Assembly (NCBI GenBank): GCA_030295235.1
Contig: AP026124.1
Location: 1,364,001-1,428,000 of the forward strand
Source of the DNA: Fistulifera solaris
Lineage: Eukaryota
Length of the DNA: 64,000 nt
Direction of reading: 5' to 3'
In this document: positions 60,188-64,000 of the stretch, piece after piece
Numbering within the stretch: position 1 is the first letter of the stretch
Layout: each line of letters starts with the position of its first letter
The notes under the pieces: generated by a model
What the model was told of the DNA's origin: nothing
What the model saw: only the letters and a program-made list of their open reading frames with translations
The model's database searches: none
Program-made: the position numbers and the translations under genes

Positions 60188-62326
60188 TTACACTGAGGAC
60201 TCTGGGGCATAAAGGTGAATGACGCGGTCTTCGCCAATGAGCTCGATTAGCTCCTCATAGGATTTCTCAAACTTACAGACCAATTCATCGTCACTGTGTC
60301 TTCCATCCATTGAAGACGCCACTTGCTGCTTCAACTTCCAATCTTCATCCTGCAATAAATCCGTTGTCATCGAAGGCCGATATGAGAGGTCACGTGTCGG
60401 TGAGGTTGGGATGCTTTCACCTTTTAGTAAGCTCCTGCCGAAACTCTCGTTGATATCGTGCGTTCCGCCGTCCACCAGAATAGGATAGTCGTGCACTCTG
60501 TACAAAAGTCCATGAACAACACCAAAAGACACAAACCGACGGTGATCGATAAGATGAAAGATCTTTTTCCAATTGACGGTACCCGTTGGCATTCCGGGTG
60601 GTAAGTTCCCTGCTATTAGGGATGCCAACAGGTCCCCAATGTCGCACCCCCTATGACAAGCAGCGTAGAGTTCTGCAATGGCACCTTTCACTTCATGATG
60701 CTCTAATCTTCGTTGACTGGACATCGAATACCCCTGTTCGCTGTACGAGCCCTGGGATACGGAACTGTTGATACGAAAATTCCCGCTGTGCGCGAAGAAA
60801 CTTCGAGCGTTCGCCGCTTCGTTTCGCGCCATGGGCGTCTCGAGAGAACGGCTAACACTGAGAGGTGAACCGCTGATCGGACTATTTTCACTCTGAGGAG
60901 GCGCGGGTGGGCGGCGAATGACAAAGTCGACAGCGTTCTGTAAAAGCTTGTTTTCGTGACCTAGTAGCAACGAGCCGGCCTTTTCAGTTGACTCATAGCG
61001 ATTTGAATAAAAGAACATGTCAATGAGGGCAATCACTCTATGGTGAAGCAAAACTCTAAGACAAGCCTGCACCATTTCCATGTCTACTTCAGCTTTCTGT
61101 GAAATTTGACGGGCGCATGTTACTCCGTCAATATGCATCGACACCCAATTTATAGAAAGATCCCATTCGTACTATCAACCAAATAGGAGTGTGAGAGAAA
61201 GTTAGTCAGCTATAGTTGGAAAGCAGCATTTCGCTTACATTTTGTAGTTGCCAGTCTCTTCTCAAAAAGATGGGTACTGCATGATCAGGGACGGGTCGAG
61301 GTGGACGCCTTGGTGGATGAAATAGTTTCAGATTCAGCAGATTTGCTGAGTTGACGTATAAATTACACTCCCATGTTTGCGAGTTCAGTGAAACGAGAGT
61401 CCACTCCAATAGACCTTGCAAAACCGAATGATTCTCTTTCACGGCTGACAAAAATTGTGATTCTACTTCCATGTCGCGAATGGTATCAGCCAGTTTGCAA
61501 AGAACCGGTTTGAAAGGGCGAGGATCCTCCGTCCGACGGAGAACAAAACCTAGGCAAAAAGAATGTGAATTGCGTTCATACCGCTGGTTCGCGATAATGG
61601 TCGGCCGTGTGAGTATGTGAATACTGTGGGTAGATAGATTGACAATTTTCCCGGTTAATTCACTTCCTGTGATCACGTATTCACTGCAGGATTCAAAAAT
61701 GGAGGAATTTCCTTCTCGGGTGGCAAAGGTTCAAAGGCGTCTTCTTCGCGTGTCAAGGAGACTAGAGAACGAAAGAAGTCGCTCGAATAGGAGTTCCCAG
61801 ATTCCACGCGTCGATGAGGTGTATTGCTGTCAGTAGTAGCTGGTAATATAGTCGATAAGGCCGAAATGGATGATGGGGTGAGCGATGGCGGCGACTTTTG
61901 AAACCGTTCAAAAAAGTCTTCCAGAATCTCATGCACACTTTCCACAGGAAGCTGAATGTCGTGACTCATAAAGTTGCGAGGCGCCTGGTATGATACTTTT
62001 GGGCCAACCTTGATGTCGAACTCGGCGTAAAAACAACAAAAGAGAGGACATCGTGAAGGATGCTTCGGAGTTGGAACAGTTCTCTTTTGCAAATGAGGGA
62101 GATGGTTCTCGGGAACTAATGAGGCTCTCGTAGTTTCTGTCGAGCTATTCTTTGTTGAGGGCCGTTTTGTGAACTGCGTTGCAACCTTTCTCGCTCCCTG
62201 CCGAGGCGTCGAAGCTTCGGATCGAATACTCAAGAGCGAAGGGCTCGCCGCATCCTTTGCTTTCGGCTCTGCTTCTTGACTACTATCTGGTGAGCATGAT
62301 AAAGGAGTTGATATGTCCTCGTTCAT
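60188..62326 (-). CDS. NPRL2: GATOR1 subunit NPRL2/Npr2; intron 61172-61238; frameshift ~61715
   Basis: FYAEFDIKVGPKVSYQAP, YERNS, NLKLF, WDLSI...IDGV and IDHRRFVSFGV. Confidence 0.9.
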
Positions 62327-62439
62327 TGTTGCGGCTTGTTATAGCGTCGTAATTATTTCAGTTTCAATGCAATGTCAATAATAACAGTTTCATTACTACC
62401 AGTACGTAGTATGGGTATAATCATAATGCAACGACTGAC

Positions 62440-62760
62440 CCGTGACTGCTGTCCAGTCCTGGAAATTTTGATTGTGCATATTGAGCCTACCAGGTACAGT
62501 ACTTTGCGATGACAAATACTCGCAATGTCTTTCGCCGTAAAAAAGTCACTAAGGCGTGTACTGCAAATGATGTTGAAGATAATAGGATTCGATTGAAACA
62601 AATGGAGCTTGACCAGCTTACACAACGAAGGAAGGGTTATTGAGAAATAATAATGCTCGGGAAACTGTTAATTCATGACTGAAATGCAGTCGTGACGAAA
62701 AATGAACAAAACTTCACCTGGTAGCTTGGTAGCAAATATGGAAGAATAAGATCCGCAAGG
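62440..62760. repeat. Pair of palindromic elements (62440-62462 degenerate; 62673-62695) with downstream homology to 52786-52865
   Basis: TCATGACTGAAATGCAGTCGTGA followed by AATATGGAAGAATAAGATCCGCAA, versus AATATGGAAGAAGACAATCCGCAA near 52839. Confidence 0.8.
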
Positions 62761-63156
62761 ATAATTGCCGTAATGAATCAAGTTGTGGCATGTTAAATGC
62801 CACTAAACACAATTCTGTCGTCTTCCACCATCATACTTGTAGGGTTCCTATGGCCTTTCGGCGAAATGGAGTTCGTAGTTTGTAGGGATGGCGAGGTCGG
62901 TTTAGCAGTTTCAGTCTCGGAGATTGTCGCGACGGTGGGCGCAAAGCGCAAAGTACCCCGAGTGAAAATTTAAATTCTACATTCCCTCGGAAACTTTCCC
63001 GCCACAATGGCAAAGTACAGCGGAATGTACAAATACCCCAATCTTTCACCGTTCATTATCTGGTATCGCGCACGGCTCTCATCTCAATTTGTTGCACCTT
63101 TTCATCAGCAATCAAATTTGTCGATCAATATCTGCTGAACAGAGACTGAGAATACT

Positions 63157-64000
63157 ATGGCAGAGCTTGATGTCGAACGCTTTTTCAAGCGACTTGGGAA
63201 GTTGCATTCCAATTTTTTGAAAAATAAGTGAGTACGGCGCTTGCTTGCATTTGTGCCGTTCCCCACCGCATTGCTGGTTAATCGCCGTGTATCAAGTCTT
63301 GCTGGATATCATCGCTCTTGTGTTTCTAATCCTCTTGTTTAGCTCAACAGTCTGGAATGGCGCAGATTGTCTATTACTACATCGTGGTCCCCTGAATGAT
63401 GACGATCCCTATCAGAAGTCGGGTCTTTTGCATCAATGGCTTTGTGGATACGAACTACCCGATACGATCATTTTGCTGCGCAAAGATGGGAACATGTGGG
63501 TATTGGCGACAAAGAAGAAGTGCGATTTTCTCAAGCCTGCTGCCGATGCAGTCCCTCAAAAGTCACCCATTCGTAGTATTACGTTTCTGCTCCGTAGCAA
63601 GGACGACGCGAACGCGAAAAACTACGACATTCTCTGGAAAGAGCTTTCTGACGCACGCATTAATGGAGACAAACGCAAAATTGGTGCTTTTGTGAAGGAG
63701 AGAGAAGGGAATAAAGAAGGCGGGGGTCTTCTCGGACCGTGGGAGAAGAAACTCTCCGAGATGATCGAATCGGACCCCAGTGACCTCGTTGATATCAGCG
63801 CAGGGGTTGCTTACAGTATGATTGTCAAAGATCCCGATGAGCTAGACTTGATGAAGAAGGCGAGTGTTCTAGCCAATAAGGTGATGAAGCATGGCTATGT
63901 GAAAAGGATGGAAGAAATAATCGATCGTGAAGAGACCATCACGCATGAGACTCTCGCTTCTTATGTCGAGGAAATCATCGAAGATCCTTCAAAGATCTCG
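63157..64000 (+). CDS. SPT16: FACT complex subunit SPT16, N-terminal part, truncated by the window end; intron 63228-63342
   Basis: MAELDVERFFKRL...PYQKSGLLHQWLCGYELPDTII...KDPDELDLMKKASVLANKVMK; not in the supplied ORF track. Confidence 0.9.

Noticed and set aside
1..64000. Functional gene cluster or autonomous transposon
   Set aside because: Neighbouring genes are functionally unrelated housekeeping genes; no transposase, reverse transcriptase or integrase ORF recognised.

Overview
Gene-dense eukaryotic nuclear DNA with about 35 protein-coding loci in 64 kb, short GT-AG introns (about 60-250 nt) and short intergenic regions. The protein families and gene style fit a stramenopile, most likely a pennate diatom; this is an inference. 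Most genes are housekeeping: cyclophilin, FAD monooxygenase, PPR, truncated globin, SpoU, CMC1, WDR82, RPB11, SPX, DHHC, UFD1-UBX, TLDc, DPH5, ANTH, AK6, NAA15, LYR, UAP1, LRR, PPCDC, importin-alpha-like, CSN2, TMEM53, RPA2, YOP1/HVA22, ERD2-like, Mpv17, COG1, Pta-N-like, bL9, NPRL2 and partial SPT16. About 15 of them are broken by single-base indels, almost all in homopolymer runs, which is most likely sequencing error. I found no rRNA, tRNA, CRISPR array or transposase. The most unusual signals are non-coding: (1) a dispersed 22-23 bp palindrome (YCAYGACTG-N4-5-CAGTCRTGR) in 8 intergenic copies, six of them in pairs about 190-230 bp apart; (2) three related arrays built on a CAGAAA(T/A)TCTGG core; (3) a tandem pair of 17-bp-arm hairpin modules; (4) recurrent TA-bounded motifs (TACTCCGTA, TACCWGGTA, TACCGGTA) near gene starts. 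Unusual protein architectures include a VHL-beta + gluzincin protease, an L7Ae-like/C3H1/LRR protein and a signal-peptide-bearing ANTH protein. All family assignments come from motif recognition by eye, not database searches.
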